Positions 10,926 to 20,079 of a stretch of DNA of 64,000 bases are shown here, piece after piece. The first letter of the stretch is position 1. Every line of letters begins with the position of its first letter. The notes below the pieces were generated by a model that saw only the letters and a list, made by a program, of their open reading frames with translations, was not told where the DNA came from and ran no database searches. A program made the position numbers and the translations under genes. The DNA is from an uncultured bacterium (GTDB lineage Bacteria; Patescibacteriota; JACMRA01): assembly GCA_963704645.1 (NCBI GenBank), contig OY969926.1:416001-480000 (forward strand), given 5' to 3'.

Positions 10926-12848
10926 TTGGTTTATACAATGAAAATTATGTCGGCGGCTTTAGTTAAAAATATAAAAATATTTATTCAGGAAATCCAGAAA
11001 GTCTATAACACTGGTAAAGCTACTGAGCATAGTTATAGAAAATCACTAGAGACTCTATTAGAAAGTATTCACCCATCTATCCAAGCTTTAAATGAAGCTA
11101 AAAGACAAAGTGTGGGAGCTCCAGACTTTATTTTATTTAGAGAAAAGGTTCAGGTTGCCTTTCTTGAAGCTAAAGATATTCCTGAAAGACTTAGCGACAA
11201 AAAACATGTAGACCAAATACAAAGATATCAAGCTTTGGGTAATCTATGTTTTACAAATAATTTAGACTGGCGATTTTATAAAGGTAAAGACTTAGTTGCT
11301 GAAATTTGCATAGGAATAATAAACTTAAACGGGCAAATTGAAATTATCGAAGACAGTTTAGATACGTTGGCTAGCTTTTTAACCGAGTTTGCAGAAAGAA
11401 AGACCATAACCATAAATACGAGTAAAGAATTGGCAGAGATTATGGCCAATAAAGCCAAAGTCATGAGAGAAATTTTAGTAAGAATATTAGAACAAGATAT
11501 TAAAGAAAACAATTCGTCTACAATTTTTCAAGAATATGAAACTTTCAAGAAAATTTTAATTCACGATTTGGAAATTACCCAATTTGCAGATATTTATAGC
11601 CAAACTGTTGCTTATGGTCTTTTTACTGCAAGGTATTACGATAATTCAATAGACACCTTTACTAGAGCTGAAGCTGCTAATGACTTGCCTAAGTCTAATC
11701 CATTTCTTAGAAAACTGTTTCAGACTATTGCTGGTTATGACTTAGATGAAAGGTTGGCTTGGGTAGTTGATAATTTAGTTAATGTTTTTGCTCATAGTGA
11801 TGTTAAAGCTTTAATGGCCGATTTTGGAAAAGCTACCAATGTTTCTGATCCAGTCTTACATTTTTACGAAACTTTTTTGTACCACTATGACCCAAGTACG
11901 CGTAAAGCCAGAGGTGTTTATTATACACCAGACCCAGTAGTTAAATATATTGTTAAAAGTGTGGATGAGATTTTGCAAACAGAATTTAACTTGCCAATGG
12001 GGCTGGCTGATAACTCTAAAATTGATATAGAAATTTCTGCAGAGGAGGCAAAAAACAATTCCAAAGCTAAAAAAATAGGGAGTAAGTACTTTGTAGATTT
12101 TCATAGGGTACAAATATTAGATCCAGCTACTGGTACAGGTACTTTTCTGCTTGAAGTTTTCAATAATATTTACACTAAGTTTGAAAACAGCAAAGGAATT
12201 TGGCAAAGTTATGCCCAAAACGATTTGTTACCAAGAATACACGGCTTTGAAATTTTAATGGCTAGTTACACCATGGTGCATTTAAAATTAGCTATGTTTT
12301 TAACCGAAAAAGAAGTAGAAATTAAAAACAGGCTGTCAGTTTATTTAACCAATTCTTTGGAAGAACAAAAAGACGATGGTTTTGACTTATTTAGTAAATG
12401 GCTAACCGACGAAGCTGAAGAAGCTAGTAGAGTTAAAAATCAAGCTCCCGTAATGGTAGTAATTGGCAACCCTCCTTATTCGGTTAGTTCTTCAAATAGT
12501 GGCGAGTGGATTCAGAATTTAATTAAAACTTACAAAGAAAACTTAAACGAGAGAAAGATAAATTTAGATGATGATTATATAAAATTTATTCGCTATGGCC
12601 AACATTATATAGAAAAAAATGGTGAGGGAATTTTGGCTTACATTTCAAACAACTCTTTTATAGACGGTGTAACCCACAGGCAAATGAGAAAGTCTTTAAT
12701 GGAAACTTTTGATAAAATTTATATTTTGGATTTACATGGAAACAGCAAGAAAAAAGAAACTACACCAGACGGCGGAAAAGACGAAAATGTATTTGATATT
12801 CAACAAGGGGTGAGCATTAATATTTTTGTGAAGAAAAAGAAAAATTAA
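10926..12848 (+). CDS. Type IIG / type ISP-like fused endonuclease-N6-adenine methyltransferase, N-terminal part (no specificity domain)
   Basis: PD...EAK nuclease motif (APDF...LEAKD), GVYYTP, LDPATGTGTF, GNPPY. Ends at ENVFDIQQGVSINIFVK, where homologues continue. Confidence 0.88.
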   Translation: MVYTMKIMSAALVKNIKIFIQEIQKVYNTGKATEHSYRKSLETLLESIHPSIQALNEAKRQSVGAPDFILFREKVQVAFLEAKDIPERLSDKKHVDQIQRYQALGNLCFTNNLDWRFYKGKDLVAEICIGIINLNGQIEIIEDSLDTLASFLTEFAERKTITINTSKELAEIMANKAKVMREILVRILEQDIKENNSSTIFQEYETFKKILIHDLEITQFADIYSQTVAYGLFTARYYDNSIDTFTRAEAANDLPKSNPFLRKLFQTIAGYDLDERLAWVVDNLVNVFAHSDVKALMADFGKATNVSDPVLHFYETFLYHYDPSTRKARGVYYTPDPVVKYIVKSVDEILQTEFNLPMGLADNSKIDIEISAEEAKNNSKAKKIGSKYFVDFHRVQILDPATGTGTFLLEVFNNIYTKFENSKGIWQSYAQNDLLPRIHGFEILMASYTMVHLKLAMFLTEKEVEIKNRLSVYLTNSLEEQKDDGFDLFSKWLTDEAEEASRVKNQAPVMVVIGNPPYSVSSSNSGEWIQNLIKTYKENLNERKINLDDDYIKFIRYGQHYIEKNGEGILAYISNNSFIDGVTHRQMRKSLMETFDKIYILDLHGNSKKKETTPDGGKDENVFDIQQGVSINIFVKKKKN

Positions 12849-12857
12849 ATTAAAATT

Positions 12858-14636
12858 ATGACTGAAAATGAACTGGTAAAAATAATTAATAAACTAAAAC
12901 AAGAAAATGAAATTACTTGGATTGAGGCTAAAAGTAATCTGTCTGATTTGCATAAAATTGGTAAGACTATCTCTGCACTGGCAAACTCTGCTAGCTGGAA
13001 AGATGAGGAATATGGATACTTAGTATGGGGTCTTGAAGATAATACTTGGAATATATTAGGAACTAATTTTAAGCTGGATAAAATAAAAGAAGGAAATTTA
13101 GATGGTAATTTGTGGTTAAAAGAGAGAGGTTTTGATTATAAGTGTGATTTTGAAGAGCGAGAGTTTACTATTGAAAATGAACGAATTTATGTTTTAAAAA
13201 TAAAGAATTGTTTTAATGAACCACTTTATTTTTTTCATAAAGACAAGCAGGCTTGGATAGCGCACATTAGAGAAGGTCAAAACAATGATGAACTCAAAAA
13301 TTTCCCTGAGAGACAAACATATATCTGTTCTAAAAAAGTAGGTTTTGACTGGTCAGCTCAGATTTGTGATGGTGCAACGCTTGATGATTTAGATGAAGAG
13401 GCTATTGAAAAAGCTAAAAGAGGTTATGTAGAAAAAAACTATGAATCCGATGTAGATAGAAAAAAAGAAATTGAGGAATACGACACAAATACTTTCCTGA
13501 ATGAGGCTAAATTGAATATAAATGGCAAGATAACCAAAACCACGATATTACTTTTAGGCAAAGAAAAGTCAGTTCACTATCTAAATACTATGGCTGAGAT
13601 AATGTGGGAAGAAAATGGGACTGAAGCATATAAAAAGTTTAAATTACCCTTTATTTTTGCTATAGATAACCTAGCTAATCACATTAGAATTAGAGATATT
13701 GAATATCCCATTTTTATGGCTGGCCAACAGACAGGACAACATGGCAAAATCCCAAACTATACTTTTAAAAATCTTAGAGAAGCTATATCAAACTGTGTGG
13801 CTCACCAAGATTATGCGATGCAGGAAAAAATTTTAGTTTATGAATCAGTTGATAAAATTACTTTGAAAAATGCTGGCAAACCATTGTTGCGGGAAAAAGA
13901 TTACAACGAACTGTTAAAACCTAAGGATCGAAATTTTGCTCCAAATAAATATAGAAATAAATGGCTCTATGAAGCAATGGACACTATTGGTTTGGTAGAA
14001 GGTAGGGGTAGTGGTTTTAGGAAAATATTTGATTATAGTACTAACAAAGCATTTTTACCAGCTCCTAGTGCAAATTTTGATTTGCAAGATAGGTTTGAGT
14101 ATACAATCTATGGAAGCGAAATAGATCCTATTTTTACTAAAATTTTAATTGAAAAAAAGGATTTGGATATTGGGATAATTTTACTTTTAGACAGAGTTCA
14201 AAAATACTCAAAAAATATTATAAATAGGCCAATAATCACCGACCAGTTTCAAATACTAAAAAAGCTAAAATTGGTAGAAGGGAGGTATCCAAAAATTTAT
14301 TTATCAGCAGAGATAATGGAGGTTTTAGATCAAAAAGAAGAATATATAAATAACAAAGGTTTTGATGAGATTTATTACATTGATTTGATACTTTCTTATA
14401 TGGAAAAATATTCCAATGCCTTGAGAATAAATATTTCTAGATTGTTGGAAAATAAACTGCCAGATGACGGAACCAATAAGTATGAAAAAGTTTCTAACTT
14501 ATTAAGAAAGATGAAAAATAAAAACATTATAGAAGTTGATAAAACTAATGGATTTCAAAATTCAACATGGAAACTTACAAGTGATTACAAGAAAAATTAT
14601 GAAGTTTACAAGACAATTTACAAGAGAAAAACCTAA
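12858..14636 (+). CDS. AlbA_2 (Schlafen-like) domain + HATPase_c_4 + wHTH protein
   Basis: EITWIEAK, ISALANS...GYLVWGLED, LREAISNCVAHQDY, YRNKWL...GLVEGRGSGF. Confidence 0.85.
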   Translation: MTENELVKIINKLKQENEITWIEAKSNLSDLHKIGKTISALANSASWKDEEYGYLVWGLEDNTWNILGTNFKLDKIKEGNLDGNLWLKERGFDYKCDFEEREFTIENERIYVLKIKNCFNEPLYFFHKDKQAWIAHIREGQNNDELKNFPERQTYICSKKVGFDWSAQICDGATLDDLDEEAIEKAKRGYVEKNYESDVDRKKEIEEYDTNTFLNEAKLNINGKITKTTILLLGKEKSVHYLNTMAEIMWEENGTEAYKKFKLPFIFAIDNLANHIRIRDIEYPIFMAGQQTGQHGKIPNYTFKNLREAISNCVAHQDYAMQEKILVYESVDKITLKNAGKPLLREKDYNELLKPKDRNFAPNKYRNKWLYEAMDTIGLVEGRGSGFRKIFDYSTNKAFLPAPSANFDLQDRFEYTIYGSEIDPIFTKILIEKKDLDIGIILLLDRVQKYSKNIINRPIITDQFQILKKLKLVEGRYPKIYLSAEIMEVLDQKEEYINNKGFDEIYYIDLILSYMEKYSNALRINISRLLENKLPDDGTNKYEKVSNLLRKMKNKNIIEVDKTNGFQNSTWKLTSDYKKNYEVYKTIYKRKT

Positions 14637-14710
14637 AAACCTTTATTTTATAGTGAAAATATTTACAAGGAAAGAAAATATTTAAATATAAAATGTCACT
14701 AACTTACAAG
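14575..14710 (+). repeat. Six direct copies of TTACAAG
   Basis: Copies at 14575, 14585, 14606, 14618, 14663 and 14704. Confidence 0.7.
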
Positions 14711-14768
14711 ACAAATGCACTGAAAATCTTAAATATTATAACGAATCAACATCAAAAGCACCCCTCCT

Positions 14769-15236
14769 ATGCCAGCCAAAATATACCACTATAACCTATA
14801 CGGAAAACGAGATGAAAAATATGAGTTTTTAAAAAATAATTCTGTTTCAACAACAAATTGGACTGAATTACAACCTGACGAAAAGTATCATTTCTTTGTA
14901 CCTAAAGATTTTGGAGAGCAAGTGGAATGGGAGAAGGGGGTTAAGGTGAGCGAGTTGTTTGAGGTGTTTAATAGTGGGGTGGAGACACAAAAAGATTCTA
15001 TTACTATTAACTTTGAAAAATTAACCTTAAATCAGATCAAAAAAGACTTTTTGGAATTGGAAAATAAACAAATCTTGGATAAGTATAAAATTACAGAATC
15101 AAGGGATTGGAAAATTGATTTAGCTCGTGAAGATCTGAAAAATACACAAACTATAAAAATAAACTACCGTCCTTTTGATTATCGCTGGACAGAATACTCT
15201 GGAAAGTCAAAAGGATTTATGGCTTACCCTAGGCAT
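14769..15236 (+). pseudogene. Type ISP/IIG C-terminal specificity-domain ORF, truncated by IS481
   Basis: AKIYHYNLYGKRDEKYEFL...W.ELQP...FFVPKDF...SGVET.KD...YRPFD.RW is the natural continuation of the 10926 protein. The frame runs into the IS end at 15237. Confidence 0.8.
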
Positions 15237-16316
15237 TGTATATGTCAACTTATTCAGTGACAGAATTAAGTTTCTCATAGGGAGTAATATTACCAATACC
15301 TTGATGTCTTCTAATATGGTTGAAGTAGCAACAATATTCAAATAATTCTTCTTCTAAACTTTCTTTATCTGGGTATACTTGCTCTCTAAGTAATTCTTCC
15401 TCTAAACTTCTCCAGAATCTTTCTACTTTACCATTGGTTTGTGGCCTGTAGGCTCTAGTGTACTTATGCTTAATGTTGTATTCTAACAGTAATCTTTCAA
15501 ATGGATGGTTTTGTTTGTTTTCTTCTTTTGTTTCTTTCCTTCCAAATTCGGGTCCATTGTCTGTTAATATACTTTGAAAATCTATGTTGTAACATCTATT
15601 GAATACTGCTAATAATCTTTGAGTATAAAGCATAACTGTTAGAGCTTGCAGATTAGGTATTAGTATGGTCATAACTATTCTAGTAAAGTCATCTGTTAAG
15701 CTTAGTAGAAAGTATTCATTCTTTTCACCCTCCAGTATTCCTTTAGCTAGTCTGTGGCAATCCATATGGCCTAATTCTCCTGCTTTATCTTTAATGATTC
15801 TTCTTTTGTTAGTTTGAATTACTCTTGGATCTAATCTATTCAATCCTTTCTTTAATAGTATATTGTAAATAGTCGTAGGTGAAGGAGTATATTTACCATA
15901 CTTAGGTAAAAGGAAATCGTGTATCTCATATCTACCAAATCCTTGGTTTCTAAGTTCAATAATCTTATTCTGTATGAAAGGAATACTTTTTAAACTACCA
16001 AACTTTCTCCCTCTTTTCTTTGGAATTAAACTACTATCCATAGAAACTAATTTATACCTATTGTAATATTTGATGAAGTTTTGTCTAGTTATATTATTTG
16101 CTTTGTAGAATTCATTTACAAATACATATCTAGGATGTTTCCTTGTTTTAATTAATTCATATTCTTGAACTAATTGTTTCATATGTCTAAGGTAATTCTT
16201 GGTTAAAGTATTATCATTTAAACGCATATTATGTTAGAATATATGTTGTTAAAAATTTAACAGAAATAATCTAAAAGAAGATTTAAATTCTGTCACTGAA
16301 ATTTATGACATATACA
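15237..16316 (-). mobile_element. IS481-family insertion sequence
   Basis: 31-bp imperfect IRs TGTATATGTCA-N5-TTCAGTGACAGAATT with TGT...ACA ends. No matching target duplication (AGGCAT vs AGGATG). Confidence 0.9.
15250..16227 (-). CDS. IS481-family DDE transposase
   Basis: GHMD, TDNGPEF, YRPQTNGKVERFWRS, FNHIRRHQGI. Confidence 0.92.
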   Translation of the reverse strand: MRLNDNTLTKNYLRHMKQLVQEYELIKTRKHPRYVFVNEFYKANNITRQNFIKYYNRYKLVSMDSSLIPKKRGRKFGSLKSIPFIQNKIIELRNQGFGRYEIHDFLLPKYGKYTPSPTTIYNILLKKGLNRLDPRVIQTNKRRIIKDKAGELGHMDCHRLAKGILEGEKNEYFLLSLTDDFTRIVMTILIPNLQALTVMLYTQRLLAVFNRCYNIDFQSILTDNGPEFGRKETKEENKQNHPFERLLLEYNIKHKYTRAYRPQTNGKVERFWRSLEEELLREQVYPDKESLEEELFEYCCYFNHIRRHQGIGNITPYEKLNSVTE

Positions 16317-16372
16317 AGGATGACAATTTTTGGCTATTAACTCACAATTCTCATCAATAAGTTGAGATACAC

Positions 16373-17500
16373 TTAAGTTCTAAACGGAGAATTGTTGGCG
16401 TAATTTGTACAGGTTGCTTTGTTGCTTTCGTCTTGGAATTTATCACACATTTCAGTTATAGTTTGTTCAGCTTTGCCAAACATTAGAACGTAGTAATTAA
16501 CAGAGCCTTGGAAACAACTATTTTTGTATTTTGCTTCTACAGACTTGCAATAAGCTTCCATTTTTTCTGGATTAAGTAAATCGGAGCGAAGAATTCCAGC
16601 TGACATTCCCCTAATACAAGTTTGGGCAAAGCTGTTTGCCTGTGAACATTTTTGTAAGGAAAGATAGGGGTCTTTAGTCACTTTAAAAATGTATCTTCCG
16701 GAATAGTAATAGCAAGTGTCGTTATATGGGGAAGGGTAGTTGCTGCATGGGTAAAAAGGATTTTCTGGGTTTAAGAATGGCTTTTTGGAATCAATAATGT
16801 TTTCTGAATCAAAGTTTTCCATAAAAACGCCTTCTCCACACCAAATCTCCTGTTTTGTATTTTGAAGTTTTTTGCAAAGCAGAACCGATTCATCTGTGTT
16901 ATATTTAGAAATTAACATTGCTCCATGCCCCAAAGCGTGAAAACATCCTCCATCGTTAGGGTCTGTGCATAAACTAGTTATGGTTTCTTCCGCGTTTGGT
17001 ACAGTATCTAAGTAGTTTTCAATAACACCGTGAATGTAGCCACCTCCGCAAATATCTAAGTTGTAGGATATAGCTTTAGCGGTGTCGTTATTGTATTTTT
17101 CTAAGGCGAATCGTCCAATTTGGTGTGTGAAAGTGTGGCAATTTTTTTGAACAACTTTTACAGTGTAAGTGTCTGATGCTAGCTTATTTAAAGCCTCTTT
17201 TGGATTAGTATCCATTACAACTTTCTTAAGCTCCGCACTATAAATATCAAACTCTGAAAGTTCAAAAAAGTTTTGATCAGAGGACATCGCTATAGAGGTA
17301 GTCCACTTAGGATTGGCCATATCTTTTTTAGGAACAATGGGTTCAATATTGTTGGAAACAACCTCTGATAATTTTATGGAACTAGGTTTAGTTGTATTCT
17401 GCGGGGCTTTAGCTTGGAATGCCAACCAGCCAAAACCAACAGAAAGAATAATTAAAAAAGTTAATACACTGTAATATATAGTGTTTTTGTTAAGGTGCAC
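16373..17500 (-). CDS. Membrane-anchored Cys/His-rich repeat protein (uncharacterised)
   Basis: N-terminal TM; CHTFTHQIG, CGGGYIHG, CFHALGHG, CGEGVFME and further C..C repeats. Confidence 0.75.
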   Translation of the reverse strand: MHLNKNTIYYSVLTFLIILSVGFGWLAFQAKAPQNTTKPSSIKLSEVVSNNIEPIVPKKDMANPKWTTSIAMSSDQNFFELSEFDIYSAELKKVVMDTNPKEALNKLASDTYTVKVVQKNCHTFTHQIGRFALEKYNNDTAKAISYNLDICGGGYIHGVIENYLDTVPNAEETITSLCTDPNDGGCFHALGHGAMLISKYNTDESVLLCKKLQNTKQEIWCGEGVFMENFDSENIIDSKKPFLNPENPFYPCSNYPSPYNDTCYYYSGRYIFKVTKDPYLSLQKCSQANSFAQTCIRGMSAGILRSDLLNPEKMEAYCKSVEAKYKNSCFQGSVNYYVLMFGKAEQTITEMCDKFQDESNKATCTNYANNSPFRT

Positions 17501-17811
17501 GAAGCTATTATAGTCTACAATACAGTGTTTGTCTAAATTAGAAAAGAAGTTGAATAGTTACTTTTACTCCAGATATATTTCAGAGAATTATAAATCGAAA
17601 AATTTTTTTGATTAACGGTCGAAGTTATTGAAAACCTTTGTGAACAATTTTCACAAAATTAAAATTATGTTCATATACACTGTCCTAGGAAGAAAGTGGT
17701 AACTTTGAGATCTACTTTAAATTTAAGAAAGTGGAGGATAAAACAGAGTGGAGCTTTGCAGATATTTATTTTAATTTATTACTGCCTTCTAAAAGACTTA
17801 AATTGCTCAAT

Positions 17812-18714
17812 TTACCTTTGGCAAAACTTGCAATACACCGTGGTTCTGCCTGCTAATTTTTGACTAGAAAGTATGTTTCCACAGACCAAACATTCTTTGT
17901 TGCCTCGGTTGTAAACCTTGTGTTGTTTGGCGTAATTTCCTTTTGTTCCGTCACCTAGTAAATAGTTAGCAACTGAAGATCCTCCAGCTTCTACAGCCAA
18001 ACTAATAATTTTTAAAATGGAATAATATAATTGCTCAACCTCTTTTTTGGTAAGCGAGTCTGCATTTCTAGTGGGTAAAACTTTAGAGTCAAAACAAACT
18101 TCATCGCAGTAAATATTTCCTAAACCAACTACAACTTCCTGGCTTAAAAATAGGGCTTTTAAATTCCCTTTTCTCCCTTTCATTTTGTTTTTAAAATATT
18201 CCAAACTAAAACTTTCTGAAAAAGGTTCAACCCCTAAATTTTCAAAATGATTTTCTGCTTCCAGATTTTCTGCATCTTTAAAATATAGCAAATATCCAAA
18301 CATTCTTGTGTCGTTAAAATACAGTGTTCCTTGCTCTAACTCAAAAATAATATGGGAATGCTTGTTAGGAACTTCAACAGAAGAAATGGCAATTGGATGT
18401 CCACCTAATACTACCTCCGAATTTTCAGCATTGCCTTTGTAAACCAATTGCCCAGTCATTTTTAAATGAATTAAAACAATTTTACCCGAAAATGTTGTTA
18501 AAATTAAATTCTTAGCCCTTCTTTCCAAACTCTTAATATGCTCGCCAACTAATTGAGTTTCAAATTCTTGTACCTTTTCTTCAGATTCAAAGCGAACTGT
18601 TCCTTTGTTGCTAACCAACTTTGGCTTAAAAACTTTTACGCTTACAATTTTTTGACCAACAATTAGTGGAATTAAACTACGTCTTAAACTTTCTACTTCT
18701 GGTAATTCTGGCAT
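17812..18714 (-). CDS. mutM: Formamidopyrimidine-DNA glycosylase
   Basis: MPELPEVE, HLKMTG, DTRMFG, GLGNIYCDE, C-terminal zinc finger. Confidence 0.96.
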   Translation of the reverse strand: MPELPEVESLRRSLIPLIVGQKIVSVKVFKPKLVSNKGTVRFESEEKVQEFETQLVGEHIKSLERRAKNLILTTFSGKIVLIHLKMTGQLVYKGNAENSEVVLGGHPIAISSVEVPNKHSHIIFELEQGTLYFNDTRMFGYLLYFKDAENLEAENHFENLGVEPFSESFSLEYFKNKMKGRKGNLKALFLSQEVVVGLGNIYCDEVCFDSKVLPTRNADSLTKKEVEQLYYSILKIISLAVEAGGSSVANYLLGDGTKGNYAKQHKVYNRGNKECLVCGNILSSQKLAGRTTVYCKFCQR

Positions 18715-18890
18715 AATATTAGTAGTGTTAATTTCAGATTAATTTCTGACAAGTTTGTGCTACTCAGACTCCAATTTATTAAAAAAACCAACAAGTTAAA
18801 TTATCAAACTTTACTGTGAATTAGAGCAAGTCTAATAAATGAACATAATTTTTACTGGGCAAACTGTTTGGTTTGGTTTAAACTATTAAA

Positions 18891-20003
18891 ATGTCTGAAG
18901 AAGAATTGTGGCTAGTTCTATATGTGAAATATAACTTTACTTGGTCAAAGTGGAAGAAAATTAATGCTCTATATGCAACCTTAAGTTCGGCTTTGAAAGA
19001 TAATTTTAGTTTAATTCTCGAGCCAAATTTTTTACCTCTACTTTTAAACATACCCAATACACAACTATACCAAGATCGGGATAAAATATTATTATTGCTT
19101 AATGAAAAATCTGTGCTGCACTCATCTTACATAAGTCAAAATTACCCGCCAATTCTAAAAGATATTGCTTCACCACCAGTTATACTTTTTTACAGAGGAA
19201 ACTTAGATTTATGCTCCGCCACCAATTTAGCAGTAATTGGATCAAGGCTTATTACCAACTATTCTAAGCTGATTATGCAGAAAGTTTTACCAAACATTTT
19301 ACCCAGTGGCGTAAATGTGGTTTCAGGTTTAGCATTTGGGGTAGATGCTATTGCCCATGTACACTCATTAAAATGTTTAGAAAGCAAAACAATTGCAGTA
19401 CTAGGTAGTGGAGTGGATGAAAAATCTATTTATCCAGCTGAACATAATTATTTATCTCAGCAAATTTTAGAAAGTGGAGGGCTTTTAATTTCAGAGTTTT
19501 TTCCTGAAACCAAGGTTTTACCCTATCATTTTCCACAAAGAAATAGGCTTATTGTAGCTTTATCAAAAGTAGTTTGGGTAGTACAGGCTGGTATGAAATC
19601 TGGAACTATTCTAACAGCGAAAATTGCAAGAGATACGGGTAAAAGTTTGGTTGTGACCCCGGCTTCAATTTTAGAAGAAAGCTATTTTGGAAATCAACAA
19701 ATTTTACAAGATGGTGCTTGGCCTCTTTTCAAATCAGAGGAAATATTATCACTGCTTGGTTTCCCCTCGGCAATAATTAAAAATAATTCTGAAGATATTT
19801 CAACCTCCATTCCGCTGTCAGAAAAATTTAATTTAAGCGCAAATCAAGAATTAATTCTAAAAAAAATAATTGGAGAAATAAGTGTAGACAGTTTATCCGC
19901 TTCAACAAAACTTGCCTCGAATATTATTAGCTCAGAATTAACTTCGCTAGAGTTACTTGGTTTGGTTGAAAATGTAGGTCAGAATAATTGGGTATTGGTT
20001 TAA
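18891..20003 (+). CDS. dprA: DNA-processing protein DprA
   Basis: VSGLAFGVDAIAH, FPQRNRLI, C-terminal wHTH LTSLELLGLV. Confidence 0.93.
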   Translation: MSEEELWLVLYVKYNFTWSKWKKINALYATLSSALKDNFSLILEPNFLPLLLNIPNTQLYQDRDKILLLLNEKSVLHSSYISQNYPPILKDIASPPVILFYRGNLDLCSATNLAVIGSRLITNYSKLIMQKVLPNILPSGVNVVSGLAFGVDAIAHVHSLKCLESKTIAVLGSGVDEKSIYPAEHNYLSQQILESGGLLISEFFPETKVLPYHFPQRNRLIVALSKVVWVVQAGMKSGTILTAKIARDTGKSLVVTPASILEESYFGNQQILQDGAWPLFKSEEILSLLGFPSAIIKNNSEDISTSIPLSEKFNLSANQELILKKIIGEISVDSLSASTKLASNIISSELTSLELLGLVENVGQNNWVLV

Positions 20004-20079
20004 ATTATTAAATCTGAATTTTTTATTTTGCTCCAAGAAAACACCTCTACAAATTCTACGGATCTACATTCAAGAAGTC

